A stretch of 64,000 bases of DNA from Deltaproteobacteria bacterium (GTDB taxonomy: Bacteria > Myxococcota_A > Polyangia > Polyangiales > Houyiibacteriaceae): the NCBI GenBank assembly GCA_034670305.1, contig JAXMNT010000005.1, positions 96,001 through 160,000 on the forward strand. Direction: 5' to 3'. Of the stretch, positions 40,876 to 55,526 are shown piece by piece (positions within the stretch are counted from its first letter, which is position 1; each line of letters opens with the position of its first letter). The translations under genes and the position numbers were made by a program. The notes below the pieces were generated by a model that had not been told where the DNA came from, made no database searches, and worked only from the letters and a program-made list of their open reading frames with translations.

Positions 40876-41901
40876 TTGATTCTCCGGACAGAGATCGTCG
40901 AGCAAATCGTGGATGGGGGGCTCCGCGACGAGTTCGTCAAAGACGTCGTCATGACCCCCGGTCAACCGATCGGCATGGTTCGAAAGCGACGCCGTGTGAA
41001 CGGCGCGCCCATCGAGACGCGCGGCGCGGTGATGTTGGTACACGGCTTCGCCCAGAACCGGTACACCTGGCACACCTCGAAGCGCTCGTTCTCGGGGTAC
41101 CTCGCGCACCACGGCTGGGATGTATTCAACGTCGATCTGCGCGGTCATGGCCGATCGATCCTGTTCGACGGCAAACGACCGCAAGCGGTCGACGAGTACG
41201 TGCAAGAAGACCTGCCCGCGTGCGCCGAAGAGGTGGAGCGGCTCTCGGGCCACCAAAAGGTGGTGCTCATCGGTCACTCGATGGGCGGGCTCATCTCGTA
41301 CAGCGCTGGCGCGACCGCCCTGCGCGAGCGGGTGCGTGCGATCGTCACCCTCGGCTCGCCCTACGGTTTCGGCAAGGGGTCGGTGCCGATGCAGGTGCTC
41401 GCGGCAGCGATCCAGACCGCGCGGGTCACGGGCATCCTCGACGGCGAGATCACCCTGCCGCTCAAGTGGCTCGGCAAACACCTGCGCAAGCGGCGCGCGA
41501 TGTGGGACAGCCGGTTCTTTCCGACCCCGGTCCGCGCGTGGCGCGCAGGCTCGGTGGAGGACGACGTGCTCGAGGAGTACCTGCGCCTCGCGTGGGAACA
41601 CACCCACCTCTCCATCGCCTTCGACATCCTCGCGGGCGGAGACCGAGTCGCCCTGCACAGCCGGGACGGACGCCTCGACTACGGCGCCGCGTTCGAAGCC
41701 CTCCGCACCCCGCTCCTGGTGATCGCCGGCGACTCGGACGATCTCGCCCCACCGGCGAGTTGCCGCGCCGCCTACGACCGGAGCCGCAGCCCCGACAAAC
41801 ACTTCCGCGTCTTTCCGGCCGGCCATGTCGACATCGTCATCGGCCGCGAGACCGCCAAGACGATCTGGCCCCTCATCCGCGACTTCCTCGCGCGCCGCTA
41901 G
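40876..41901 (+). CDS. alpha/beta hydrolase
   Basis: HGF, DLRGHG, GHSMGG nucleophile, D and GH catalytic residues. Confidence 0.9.
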   Translation: MILRTEIVEQIVDGGLRDEFVKDVVMTPGQPIGMVRKRRRVNGAPIETRGAVMLVHGFAQNRYTWHTSKRSFSGYLAHHGWDVFNVDLRGHGRSILFDGKRPQAVDEYVQEDLPACAEEVERLSGHQKVVLIGHSMGGLISYSAGATALRERVRAIVTLGSPYGFGKGSVPMQVLAAAIQTARVTGILDGEITLPLKWLGKHLRKRRAMWDSRFFPTPVRAWRAGSVEDDVLEEYLRLAWEHTHLSIAFDILAGGDRVALHSRDGRLDYGAAFEALRTPLLVIAGDSDDLAPPASCRAAYDRSRSPDKHFRVFPAGHVDIVIGRETAKTIWPLIRDFLARR

Positions 41902-42011
41902 ACCGTCACGTTTCGCAAGCGCTGACTGGCAGCTCCCGACCACCCCATCGCACGACGTTCTTCCACCCGACGGCTCGCGCGGGGTCCGCTCGCCGCATAG
42001 ACTCTCGCTCG

Positions 42012-43145
42012 GTGCGCTCTCTCCCCCCGGCAGTGCGATGGTTGTTCTTGGGTGTCGCGCTTGTCGCCGCGCCTGGACCCGCGCGTGCTCAGGACGGGCC
42101 GGTGGCGCCGCACGCCGACGAGCCGAGTGAGGCGGAGCCGGCCGTGGTCGGCGACGCTCCTGCGCCGCGCGTGATGCGGGTCGCCGTGCTCGTGCTCGGT
42201 GCCTCTGCCGACGATGCGGTCGCAGCCGACGGGGTGAGCGAAGTGCTCATCGGCGCTGTCGCGAGCCGCGCCACCGCGCCGTTGCGCATCGTCGGCAAAG
42301 AGGAGCTGCAGGTCGCGCTCGGCCAGGGCGAAGAACGATCGCTCGACTGCGTGAGCTCGACGCCGTGCCTGGGCCGGATCGGCGTGCAGCTCGACTTGGA
42401 CGAAGTCATCGCGGGCGTCGTCCGCCGCCATGCCGAGGGCTGGCGTTTTGATCTCAACCGCATCGATGTGCGCAGCGGCGAGAGCGTGGGGCAGGCCAAC
42501 GGAGAGGTGCGCGGCGACGTCGGTGCGCTGGCGGCCGCGATGGGCACCGCGCTTCCGGAACTCTACGCGGTTCGGGTCGCGCCGATCGTGCTGCGCATCT
42601 CGGCCAGCGCGCTCGAGGCGGAGATCCGGGTCGACGGCCGCCGGGTCGGCACGTTCACCGGCGAACCGATCACGCTCCGCGATCTCCAAAGCGGCGATCA
42701 CGTCATCGAAGTCAGCGCGCCGGGATACCAGCCCTGGCGACGCGAACTCGAACTCGACGCGGGCGAGAACCGCGACCTCGAAGCCGGGCTCACACCGATG
42801 CTTGGAAGCGTCGTTCCGCCGCCCCCGCGAGGCGGGGTGTCTCCGCTGGTCTGGGTCGGCGCCGGGGTGTTGGTGCTCGGCGGCGCGACCACGTTGATCT
42901 TCGGGATTCGATCGCGGCTTGATCCGGTCGAGGGTGTGAACCGCGCGGACGCGGTGTCCTTCCACGAAGACCGCGAGCGCGACGCGCGCCTCGCCAACGC
43001 GGGACTCGGCGTGATGGGCGTGGGGGCGGCCGTCGCCATCACCGGGTTCATCGTCTCTGAGTTCGGCGGGTCGCAGGACTCGAACCACGCGTTCGTCGCG
43101 CCCATCCCTGGTGGCGCCATGGCCGGATTCGAGGGGCGGCTGTGA
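42012..43145 (+). CDS. PEGA domain membrane protein
   Basis: Signal peptide from GTG 42012; AEIRVDG..G..P.....GDHVIEVSAPGY; C-terminal TM helices. Confidence 0.8.
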   Translation: MRSLPPAVRWLFLGVALVAAPGPARAQDGPVAPHADEPSEAEPAVVGDAPAPRVMRVAVLVLGASADDAVAADGVSEVLIGAVASRATAPLRIVGKEELQVALGQGEERSLDCVSSTPCLGRIGVQLDLDEVIAGVVRRHAEGWRFDLNRIDVRSGESVGQANGEVRGDVGALAAAMGTALPELYAVRVAPIVLRISASALEAEIRVDGRRVGTFTGEPITLRDLQSGDHVIEVSAPGYQPWRRELELDAGENRDLEAGLTPMLGSVVPPPPRGGVSPLVWVGAGVLVLGGATTLIFGIRSRLDPVEGVNRADAVSFHEDRERDARLANAGLGVMGVGAAVAITGFIVSEFGGSQDSNHAFVAPIPGGAMAGFEGRL

Positions 43146-44281
43146 CCGCGCGCGCGCTGATGCTGTGGGGCGCGTGTCTCGTGCTCGGCGCATGCCGGGT
43201 CGACGGCGGCTACCTCGACGACGAACGCTTCGATTGCGCGGGCCCGAGCGACTGCGGCAGCGGCTGGGGATGCGTGCAAGCGTCGCCGTACGCGAGCGAC
43301 TTCTGTGCGCCCGACTGCAGTGAGCTCAGCGGCTGCGACGGGATCTGCACCGTTCAGTCCGACGGCCGCGCGCTCTGCCTGCGCGGCTGTCGACTCCTGG
43401 CCGATGGCACGACTTCGCCCTGCCAGAGCGAAGACTTCGAATGCGTGCGGTCCAGCGCCGAGACCGACGAAGGCATCTGTTATCCGGTGGAGACCTGCCG
43501 CGGTTCGGACGAGTGCGCCGACGGCGAGATCTGTTTGTCGGAGCTCGTCGGTCTCTCGCCCTCCGACCCGGACTCGGCGGGCTACTACTGCGTGCCCCAG
43601 CCGGACGAGGTCGGCGCCTGCCCGAGCCGCTCGCAGCCGGTGACGCTCGGACCGGGCGCAGACCTGTGCCTTGCGACCTGCGACCCGCCCGACACGCGCT
43701 GTCCGCCTGGGTTCGGTTGTCTGCTTCAGAGCGCGGTGTTCTCAGAAGACGAAGTGCTCTGCTTCCCCGGCCTCTACGGCGTGCCCTGCGACGACGATAC
43801 GAACTGCATCTTCGGCACTTGTCTCGACGCGGGCGGCGCCGGCAAACAGTGCTCCCTCTCATGCGACGAAGCGGCTCGGCTCGTGGGCGGCTGCGGCAAC
43901 CTCTTCAGCCTGGGAACCGTGATCGACGCGCTCTCGCTCGAGTGCGACCCGACCGCGAACGGAGGCGCCGGCGGCGGGCTCTGCGTGGTGCACTCGGACG
44001 TCGGGTTCATTTGCACCACACCGGAGAGCGACGCGTACCGGTGCGCCGAGGGCCTCGATTGCCGCACCTTCCCGACCACCGACGGAGAGGTCCGCTTCTG
44101 CACCCGGGACTGCCGCATCGACCAGCAGTGCAACGACCCAGGCAGCGACTCGAACTACTGCTTGCTCGGCGTGGGCGATGGCGGGATCTGTTTTCCCAAA
44201 GGGAGCGATGGCGCGCGTTGCCTGGAAGACAACGAGTGCGAGAGTGGTCTTTGCCGTGATGTCTGCGTCAGCACTTCCTGA
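43142..44281 (+). CDS. Cys-rich lipoprotein
   Basis: Lipobox LGAC; many C..D.DC repeats; overlaps the previous stop. Confidence 0.8.
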   Translation: MTARALMLWGACLVLGACRVDGGYLDDERFDCAGPSDCGSGWGCVQASPYASDFCAPDCSELSGCDGICTVQSDGRALCLRGCRLLADGTTSPCQSEDFECVRSSAETDEGICYPVETCRGSDECADGEICLSELVGLSPSDPDSAGYYCVPQPDEVGACPSRSQPVTLGPGADLCLATCDPPDTRCPPGFGCLLQSAVFSEDEVLCFPGLYGVPCDDDTNCIFGTCLDAGGAGKQCSLSCDEAARLVGGCGNLFSLGTVIDALSLECDPTANGGAGGGLCVVHSDVGFICTTPESDAYRCAEGLDCRTFPTTDGEVRFCTRDCRIDQQCNDPGSDSNYCLLGVGDGGICFPKGSDGARCLEDNECESGLCRDVCVSTS

Positions 44282-44299
44282 ATCCTGTCGAGTGCGTCG

Positions 44300-45139
44300 A
44301 TGACCACCCCCGTCCGCGACCTGCCGACCTGCGACCTGCCGATCGGGGTCTTCGACTCTGGGCTCGGTGGACTGACCGTGGCAGGCGCGATCCGCACCGC
44401 GCTGCCCGACGAGTCGCTCATCTACCTGGGCGACACGGCCCGCGTGCCGTACGGGAGCCGCAGCGCCCACACCGTGATCCGCTACGCGCGCAGCTGCGCG
44501 TCGCATCTGTCGGCGCGCGGCATGAAGGTGCTGGTCGTGGCCTGCAACACGGTCAGCGCGGTGGCGCTCGACATGCTGCGGCTCGAGCTCGACGTACCGG
44601 TGCTCGGCGTGGTGTTGCCCGGCGCGCGGGCCGGCGTCGCGGCGTCCGGCAGCGGCAAGCTCGGCGTCCTGGCGACGCGGGGCACGGTGGCGAGCGGCGC
44701 GTACGTGCGCGCGACCGGTAGCATCGCGCCGCGGGTCGAGGTGATCGCACGGCCGGCGCCGCTCTTCGTCCCGCTCGCGGAAGAAGGATGGGTCGACGGC
44801 GACGTGCCCGAACAAGTGGCGCGCACGTACCTGCAGCCGCTGGTCGCGGACGGGGTGAACGCGGTGGTGCTCGGCTGCACGCATTACCCGCTGCTTCGCC
44901 CGGTCATCGAGAAGGTGCTTGCGCAGCTCGGCTCTTCGGCCGCGGTGGTCGACGGCGCCGAAGCCACCGCGGAAGCGTTGCGTGAGGTCTTGGCGGATCG
45001 ATCGCTGGCGACGACGCGTCCTGGACCGGGTTCGCTCGAGATGCTGGTGACCGATCTGCCCGACCGCTTCGCGGAAGTCGCCAGCCGGTTTCTCGGCGAA
45101 GAGGTGACGGGCGAGATGATCACCCAAGTCGACCTGTAG
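44300..45139 (+). CDS. murI: glutamate racemase
   Basis: IGVFDSGLGGLTV, VPYG, VACNT, LGCTHYP. Confidence 0.97.
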   Translation: MTTPVRDLPTCDLPIGVFDSGLGGLTVAGAIRTALPDESLIYLGDTARVPYGSRSAHTVIRYARSCASHLSARGMKVLVVACNTVSAVALDMLRLELDVPVLGVVLPGARAGVAASGSGKLGVLATRGTVASGAYVRATGSIAPRVEVIARPAPLFVPLAEEGWVDGDVPEQVARTYLQPLVADGVNAVVLGCTHYPLLRPVIEKVLAQLGSSAAVVDGAEATAEALREVLADRSLATTRPGPGSLEMLVTDLPDRFAEVASRFLGEEVTGEMITQVDL

Positions 45140-45462
45140 GGCGCGAAGCGAGGCCAGTGCGACCCGTGCCTGGTGAAGCGCGAAGCGAAGCCAGTGCGAC
45201 CCGTGCCCGTGCCCGTGCCCGATCGCTGAAGCCAATCCCGACCGCCGACGCCGACGCCGAAACCGAGTCCGAAGCCGAAGCCGAATCCGAAGCCGAAGCC
45301 GAATCCGAATCCGAAGCCGAAGCCGAAGCCGACGCCGAATCCGAATCCGAAGCCGAAGCCGACGCCGAAGCCGACGCCGAAGCCGACGCCGAAGCCGAAG
45401 CCGAATCCGAAGCCGACGCCGAAGCCGACGCCGAATCCGAATCCGAAGCCGAAGCCGACGCC
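45140..45462. repeat. REP-like direct repeat pair plus bipartite (CCCGTG)n-(GCCGAA/GCCGAC/TCCGAA)n
   Basis: GCGCGAAGCGA(G/A)GCCAGTGCGACCCGTGCC x2, then hexamer tracts. Confidence 0.8.
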
Positions 45463-45595
45463 CAAGTCGGGCACGGGTCGGATCCCAAGGAATGGGGGAG
45501 GGGGTGGTCTCAGGGGGGCAGGGGGTCTTCGCGGGGAGTGCGTGGGATCCGCGTGGGAGGTGGTCGTGGTGGTGGTGTTCGATCGGGGGGTGGGG

Positions 45596-48500
45596 GTGCG
45601 GGCATTGCTCTTGGCTGTGTGCGTTGCGTGCAGCGGGGGCACGTCGTCGCGGAACGAGACGCTTCTGGAGCGGCGCGAGCCCGCCGAGAGCCACGTCTCG
45701 ACGGGGTCGGAGATCGCGGAGCCGCTTGAGGTCGCCGATCTGCAGGGCGCGGCTGCGGCGCCGGACGAAGCGGAGATCCCGGACGAGATCACCGACCTCG
45801 GGAGCCGGGTGGCCCCGAGGCGACTGCACATCCCGACCACCCGGGGTGGCAAGACCGAACACTTCACCTTCGACGGGCACCGCCGAGGCTGGTTCGCGCG
45901 CCTGCCCACCGGCCGCCAGTCGCTGCTGACGCCGGTCTACGGCGACGGCAAGGTCTACGTGGGCGGCGGTTTCTCGAGCCACCAGCTCTTCGCGTACGAC
46001 GCCCGCAGCGGCGCCCGCGCATGGAGCGCGTCGGCACCCGACGGCGGTCCCTCGGCCGCGATCTACGAGAGCGGCAAGGTGCTCTTCAACACCGAGAGCT
46101 GCACCCTGTTCGCGGTCGACGCCGAGACCGGACGACAGCGCTGGAGCCGGTGGCTCGGTGATCCGTTGATGAGTCAGCCCGCCGCGAACAGCGAGCTCGT
46201 CTTCAGTGGCCACATCGTCGATGGCGAATCGCCCGGACACATCGAGCCCGGCACCACCGGCTTCGGCGTCGGAGACGGACGCCGCTACGCGTTCACCGCG
46301 CTGAGACTCTCGAACGGCCGGCCGCGATGGACGCGGCGCATCAGCGCCGACGTGATGAACGCGCCGGTGCTCGACGCGGCCGAAGGCACCGTGCTCTTCA
46401 CGACCATGGACGGCGTCGTGTGGAAACTCGACCAGCAGACCGGCCGGGTGGTGTGGCGCAAGCGGCTGCACGCGACGAGCGCGCCGTGGCTCGATGGCGA
46501 ACGCGTGCATGTCACCGTCGCGCTCCGACAAGACGGAGAACGCAAGGAGCGCGCGGTGGTGCTGGCGAAGGCCGATGGCGCCACCGAGGCGCAGTACGAT
46601 CCAGTCGACGCGCCCTTTGCCCGCCGCCCCGACACGAGCGTCGAAGCCGGCTGGGCGTTCGAGGGGTCGCGCGCGACGATCGTCGATGGCCGCAGCTACC
46701 AGACCCTCGGCAACGAAATACAGAGCCGCAACGCGGAGACCGGCGAACTCCTCTGGCGCCGCCGCTACGCAAGCGCGCCTCCCCGGGGGCGGGCCCGTCC
46801 CGCGAGCCCGCCGGCGATCGCCGCCGGTCAGCTCGTCTTCGGGACCCAGGACGGAGTGCTCTACGGACTCGACATCGACACCGGCATGACCACCTGGGCG
46901 TACGACGTCGGCGAACCGATCGTCACCCAGCCGACGGTGGCCCACGGATGGGTGTACGCCGCGACCGGGCGCGGCGGCCTCGTCGCGCTCGAAGTCTCCG
47001 ACGCAAGCTTCGATGGGTGGCACCAGTGGGGCGGGAACGCGGCGCACAACGGCGCGGTCGTCGGCGCCACGCCGCCGGTCGAAGCGGACGAGCGACCGAC
47101 CGAAGGCACGCTGCGGCTGGACGAAGCCGCGCGCGATGCAGAGGCGCCGGTGTTCCCGCTCTCGGGCACCGAGGTCACGGCGCACGTCGAGGGATTCGTC
47201 GCGCGGGTCGAAGTGCGGCAGACCTTCACCAACCCCTACGACCGACCGGTGGAGGCGGTGTATCTCTTTCCGCTGCCCGACGACGCGGCGGTCGATGGCA
47301 TGCAGCTGCGAAGCGGCGAACGGGTGATCGAAGCCACCATTCAACGCCGCGAACAGGCGCGCGAAGCCTACGAGAGCGCGCGCGACCGAGGCGTGCTCGC
47401 GAGTCTGCTCGAACAGGAGCGACCGAACCTCTTCCGGCAGAGCGTCGCCAACCTCAAGCCGGGCGACTCGATCGACGTCACCCTGCGGTACACCCAGGTG
47501 CTGCCCTACGAAGAAGGCGCCTACCGGTTCGTCTACCCGCTCGTCGCCGGACCTCGGTTCGCGGAAGAGCCGGGTCACGACGACCCGGACGACGCCGACA
47601 CCGACGTGCATCAAGTCGTGCTCGCCCCGGGCGAGGCGCGACCGGACCGGGTGTCGATCGCATTGCACGCCGCGCTCGGCATGGCGGTGCAGGACGTGCG
47701 CTCGCCCACCCACGCGGTGAAGGTGGAACGCGAGGGAGGCTCTGGGATGGTGGTTTCGCTCGACGAACCGGCCCGTCCCGATCGCGACTTCGAGGTTCGG
47801 TTCCAGGTCGCCGGCGAAGCCCCGACCGTCGGTCTCGCGACCAGTCCGCCGACCGCGGCGATCGGTGAATCAGAGGCGACGCCAGGTCATTTCTCGTTCG
47901 CGGTGCATCCGCGACTCGAGGTGCCGGACGGCGAGGTCATGCCGCGCGAGCTCGTCTTCGTCGTCGACACCTCGAGCTCGATGCACGGCCGCCCGATGGA
48001 ACTCGCAAAGGCCGCGATGCGCCGCGCGCTCGAGGGACTTCGCCCGACCGACACGTTCCGGGTCCTCAGCTTCGCGGACGAGACCGAAGCGCTCGCCGAA
48101 GAAGCGCTGCCCGCGACCGCGGCCAACCGCGCCCGTGGCCAGCGGTTCGTGGAAGGGCTGCGCGCGCTTGGCCGCACCCGCATGGTGCAAGGCATCGAAG
48201 CGGCGCTGGCACCGGCCACCGCGCCCGACCGGGTGCGCTTCGTCGTGCTGATGACCGACGGGTACATCGCGCACGAAGCCGAAGTGTTCCGCGCGGTACA
48301 CGAAGGTCTCGGCCAGTCGCGCATGTTCGCGTTCGGGGTCGGCAGCGCGGTCAACCGCTACCTGCTCACCCGCGTCGCGGAGGTGGGGCGCGGCGACGTG
48401 CAGGTGGTGCTGCCCGGCGAGTCCGCGGAAGCTGCGGCGGATCGCTTTCACGATCGCATCGGACGCCCGTACCTGACCGATGTGCAGATCGATTGGGGCG

Positions 48501-49363
48501 ACCTCGCGGTGGAGAACGCGTACCCGCGGCGCTTGCCGGATCTCTTTGCGGACCGGCCGCTGGTGGTCCACGCGCAGTACCGGCGCGGCGGCACGAGCGA
48601 GGTCGTGATTCGAGGCCGGGTGGCTGGGCGCGCGTTCGAGCAGCGCGTCTCCATCACGCTGCCCGACGCCGGCGAACCTCGCGACGCGCTCGCCTCGATC
48701 TGGGCCCGGACGCGCATCCGCGATCTGATGACCGCGATGGCGCTCCGCCCAAGCGACGGGCTCCGGGAAGAAGTCACGCAGATGGGTCTGCGGCACCACC
48801 TGCTCACCGAGTGGACCGCCTTCATCGCGATCGACGAGCGGTCGCGGGTGACGACGGGATCGACCCGGGTGGACCAGCCGTCCCAGCTGCCCGCCGGGCT
48901 CACGGCGCCGCCCGCGCCGCCGCCATCGCGCAGTGGGGTGCGGCGACGGATGATGCGCGCGACCTCGATGAGCAGCACCCGCGGTGGCGGCGTGCTGCGT
49001 GCGTTGGAGGTGCGCGCGTTGGAGGCGCCGCGACCGGTGCGGGCGCCTGCAGCCACCAGTGCAGACAGCACCGGGGCCCCGGGCACGACCGAGCGCGCGC
49101 GGGTGGACTCGACGCGGGGGGTGGGCAACCAGCAGCAGCGGTGCATGGCGCTGGCCCGCCGTCCCAACGGCACCTTCGACCAAGCGGCCTTCGACGCCTG
49201 CATGCGCCGAGGCCACAAGCGGCTGGACGAGACCGCACTCAAACGCCGTCGAGCACCGTTGGGCGATGGGGTGACTCACCGCCGCGCACCGTGGCGCGAT
49301 GGGGTGACTCACCGCGGAGCACCGTGGCGCGACCGGACCCACCGACCTCGTGACCGCGAGTGA
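45596..49363 (+). CDS. lipoprotein with PQQ-like propeller + VIT + vWA domains
   Basis: VACS lipobox; repeated DA.TG...W; VIT ([15 protein letters not shown]); v[14 protein letters not shown]; start uncertain. Confidence 0.82.
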   Translation: MRALLLAVCVACSGGTSSRNETLLERREPAESHVSTGSEIAEPLEVADLQGAAAAPDEAEIPDEITDLGSRVAPRRLHIPTTRGGKTEHFTFDGHRRGWFARLPTGRQSLLTPVYGDGKVYVGGGFSSHQLFAYDARSGARAWSASAPDGGPSAAIYESGKVLFNTESCTLFAVDAETGRQRWSRWLGDPLMSQPAANSELVFSGHIVDGESPGHIEPGTTGFGVGDGRRYAFTALRLSNGRPRWTRRISADVMNAPVLDAAEGTVLFTTMDGVVWKLDQQTGRVVWRKRLHATSAPWLDGERVHVTVALRQDGERKERAVVLAKADGATEAQYDPVDAPFARRPDTSVEAGWAFEGSRATIVDGRSYQTLGNEIQSRNAETGELLWRRRYASAPPRGRARPASPPAIAAGQLVFGTQDGVLYGLDIDTGMTTWAYDVGEPIVTQPTVAHGWVYAATGRGGLVALEVSDASFDGWHQWGGNAAHNGAVVGATPPVEADERPTEGTLRLDEAARDAEAPVFPLSGTEVTAHVEGFVARVEVRQTFTNPYDRPVEAVYLFPLPDDAAVDGMQLRSGERVIEATIQRREQAREAYESARDRGVLASLLEQERPNLFRQSVANLKPGDSIDVTLRYTQVLPYEEGAYRFVYPLVAGPRFAEEPGHDDPDDADTDVHQVVLAPGEARPDRVSIALHAALGMAVQDVRSPTHAVKVEREGGSGMVVSLDEPARPDRDFEVRFQVAGEAPTVGLATSPPTAAIGESEATPGHFSFAVHPRLEVPDGEVMPRELVFVVDTSSSMHGRPMELAKAAMRRALEGLRPTDTFRVLSFADETEALAEEALPATAANRARGQRFVEGLRALGRTRMVQGIEAALAPATAPDRVRFVVLMTDGYIAHEAEVFRAVHEGLGQSRMFAFGVGSAVNRYLLTRVAEVGRGDVQVVLPGESAEAAADRFHDRIGRPYLTDVQIDWGDLAVENAYPRRLPDLFADRPLVVHAQYRRGGTSEVVIRGRVAGRAFEQRVSITLPDAGEPRDALASIWARTRIRDLMTAMALRPSDGLREEVTQMGLRHHLLTEWTAFIAIDERSRVTTGSTRVDQPSQLPAGLTAPPAPPPSRSGVRRRMMRATSMSSTRGGGVLRALEVRALEAPRPVRAPAATSADSTGAPGTTERARVDSTRGVGNQQQRCMALARRPNGTFDQAAFDACMRRGHKRLDETALKRRRAPLGDGVTHRRAPWRDGVTHRGAPWRDRTHRPRDRE
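49253..49332 (+). repeat. 33-bp tandem repeat (~2.4 copies)
   Basis: GCACCGT(T/G)G(G/C)GCGATGGGGTGACTCACCGC at 49253, 49286, partial at 49319. Confidence 0.85.
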
Positions 49364-49457
49364 TGCGGTCTCCCCGGTCGAGGTGTCGGCACATGGCCCA
49401 CATGGCGGCCTTCACACCTTCACCTCCGTGTCGGTAATCTCCCGGCAAGGGGGCGTG

Positions 49458-52600
<3,143 letters not shown>

Positions 52601-52604
<4 letters not shown>

Positions 52605-54259
52605 AGTGGGTGTACCCGTGGGTCCTCTGGGCCTGCGCGTGCAGCAGCCCAGCGCCTGTCGCGGACGTGCCGCGCTTCACCGAGGGCACGGCGCCAAGCT
52701 ACGTGCAGTCCATCGCAGGGGCCCCGTGCCGCACTGCGCCGGGCGAATGTCAGCCCGACCATTTCACCGGCGCGCTGGCGGTCGGGGACGTGGACGCAGA
52801 CGGGTGGCTCGATGTCGTCGTCACCCGACTCTCGGCGCACGATCTTCTCTTCCTCGGAGTACCGGGGGGCGGGTTCGTCGACGCGAGCGTCGCGTGGGGG
52901 CTCGATGTCGTCGACGCGCACTCGAACGGGGCCGCCCTCTTCGACGCGGACCGCGACGGCGATCTCGATCTCTACGTGGTCGGTCTCGGACCCGCCGATG
53001 CCGAGGCGCCGCACGACCGCTACCACTTCTTCCGCAACGAAGGAGACCACTTCACCGAAGACGCCGAAGCGCGCGGGTTGTCCTTCGCCAGCCGGTTCGG
53101 TCACTCCGGCATGAGCGTCGCGGTCGGCGACTACGACCGCGACGGTTGGCCGGACCTGCACCTGACCGAATGGCGCGCCCAAGAGAACGCAGCGGGCCAT
53201 CCGCACGAGCGGCTGCTCCGCAACCTCGGGGCCGAAGCGCCAGGCCACTTCGAAGACGTCACGCTGGCGGCCGGTGTGTTCTTGGCCAGCACGTTCTGCC
53301 GTGAAGACGGCAACGCGTGCCTGCCGCGCTCGTTCTCGTCGGCGTTCACAGATCTGGACGACGACGGCTGGCCGGACCTGGTCGTCGCGTCCGACTTCGG
53401 CTCGAGCCGCCTGTTCTGGAACCAGGCCGACGGCACGTTTGTCGACGGCACCGACGCCGCGGGGGTGGGCACCGACGAGAACGGCATGGGCTCGACGGTG
53501 GGCGACTTCGACGGGGACGGCCGGCTCGACTGGTTCGTCAGCAGCATCGACGACCGGGACGGTTGCGATCCGGATCTCTGTGGCTGGGGCGTGAGTGGCA
53601 ACCGGCTCTACCGGAACCTCGGCGACCGGCGGTTCGAGGACGCGACCGATGCGATCGGGGTCCGCCGCGGTGGATGGGGATGGGGCGCGGCCTTCTTCGA
53701 CGCCGACCTCGACGGCGACCTCGATCTCACCATGACCAATGGATTCGATGAGCCGGGCGTCGACGGGTTTCGCGACGATGGGATGCGCTTCTGGTGGAAC
53801 GAGGGCGCCGCGTGGACCGAGCAGAGCGCGGCCAGCGGGTTGAGCGACGACGGGCTCGGGCGTGGGCTCTGCGTCGAGGACATGGACAACGACGGGGATC
53901 TCGACGTGTTGGTCGTGCACCACGGGGCGGGTCTGCGGCTTTTCGAGAACGCGGCCCGATCCGCGACCGAACCCCGCGCCGACGCGCTCCACTTCGTCCG
54001 GATCGCGCCCTTGTATGCCGACGGGGCGATCGCACTCGGCGCGAAGGTCACGGCGTTTCGGTCCGACAGCACGGCGATGCTCGTTCGCGAAGTCGGTCAG
54101 CGCGCCCATTTCTTGTGCACCACCCCAGCCAGCGCCCACTTCGGACTCGGCACTCGGACCGCCCCGATCGACGTCGAGGTGCGGTGGCCGACCGGGGAGA
54201 CCACCACCCATTCGGACCTGGCGGTCGACCAGCTGCACCGGGTTTGGCAGGACGGCTGA
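52601..54259 (+). CDS. FG-GAP repeat / ASPIC-UnbV (CRTAC1-like) protein
   Basis: Multiple D.D.DG..D repeats; C-terminal GAKV...HFGLG...EVRWP. Confidence 0.88.
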
Positions 54260-54408
54260 CGAGCGTTGTTCTAACCGCTTCGGACCCGTGGTAAACCGCT
54301 TCGGAACCTCGCGGGTCGTTCTGTTGTCTGTTCGGCGTGGGTGTGGTCTCGAACTCGGCGACGTTGGAGGTCGAGCGGGCTGCGACGGCCGCTGGGTTCG
54401 GCGTGCCC

Positions 54409-55020
54409 ATGGCGGATGCAGACGAGAAACGGCTGGTCGAACGCCTCAAGCGGCAGGACGAAGCTGCGTTCAACGAGCTGGTGGAGCTCTACCAGGGCCG
54501 GATCTTCCGGCTGGTCTTTCGCATGCTCAAAGACCGCGCCGAAGCGGAGGACCTCGCTCAGGAGGTGTTCGTCACCGTCTTCAAGTCGATCCACGGGTTT
54601 CGCGGCGACTCCAAACTCAGCACGTGGCTCTACCGGGTGGCGACGAACCACTGCAAGAACCGGCTGAAGTACCTCGGCCGTCGGGCCCGCGGAAAGAAGT
54701 CCGAGTTCGACGAGATCGCCGACGCGCACCAGCTCGAGAGCGCGACGATGAACCCGACCGGGCGGGTGCCGAGGCCGGACGAGGTCGCGCAGGGCAAGCA
54801 GACCGAACACATCATTCGGGTGGCGCTCTACGAGCTTCCGGAGGACCAGCGACAGCTCGTCGTGCTGCGGGACATCGAGAACCTGACCTACGACGAGATC
54901 CAAGAAGAGACCGGGCTTCCGTCCGGCACCGTGAAGAGTCGACTGCACCGGGCACGACTGGCACTCGCCAAACGGGTCCGGGAGCTACAAGGTGAAGGTT
55001 CCCAGGAGGATTCGAAGTGA
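54409..55020 (+). CDS. ECF sigma factor
   Basis: AEDLAQEVF, STWLYRVATN, GTVKSRLHRAR. Confidence 0.93.
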   Translation: MADADEKRLVERLKRQDEAAFNELVELYQGRIFRLVFRMLKDRAEAEDLAQEVFVTVFKSIHGFRGDSKLSTWLYRVATNHCKNRLKYLGRRARGKKSEFDEIADAHQLESATMNPTGRVPRPDEVAQGKQTEHIIRVALYELPEDQRQLVVLRDIENLTYDEIQEETGLPSGTVKSRLHRARLALAKRVRELQGEGSQEDSK

Positions 55021-55457
55021 GCCCCGACGAGGCACGAGACCTGTTCAGCGAGGCGTACGACGAAGCGCTCGACGGCGAAGCGAAAGCCCGCTTCGACGAA
55101 GCGCTGCTCGGCGACGATGCGTTGCGTGCGGAGTGGGAAGACTTCCGGGCGCTCTTCTCCAGCGCTTCGGTGCTCAAGACGGGCGACTTCGATGCCCTCG
55201 ATGATCTGGACGACCTCGACGACGACGCACTCGCTGCGCTCGCCGAGGCCGAAGGCGACGACGACATCGTGGTGCCAGATCTGCTCCACGGCGTGCAGCG
55301 CCGGATCCGCGAACGGAGCCGCGGCCGCTTCTACCGAGACCGGTTCGCGCAGCGCCAGAACAGCATGGGCTGGACGCCGCTCCTGCTGGCCGCGGTGATG
55401 TTGGTCGTGCTCGCAGCCGCCTGGCTCGGCATGACCTTCGTCCAAGTCGCCCCCTGA
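55017..55457 (+). CDS. probable membrane anti-sigma factor
   Basis: Overlaps the sigma stop (GTGA); N-terminal anti-sigma-like helices; C-terminal TM. Confidence 0.7.
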   Translation: MSPDEARDLFSEAYDEALDGEAKARFDEALLGDDALRAEWEDFRALFSSASVLKTGDFDALDDLDDLDDDALAALAEAEGDDDIVVPDLLHGVQRRIRERSRGRFYRDRFAQRQNSMGWTPLLLAAVMLVVLAAAWLGMTFVQVAP

Positions 55458-55526
55458 CGCGGTGGTCTGAGCGCACGCCAGATCGAGGCGTGATCGAAGA
55501 AGGCTGCACGACTGTCGTGGTGGCGT

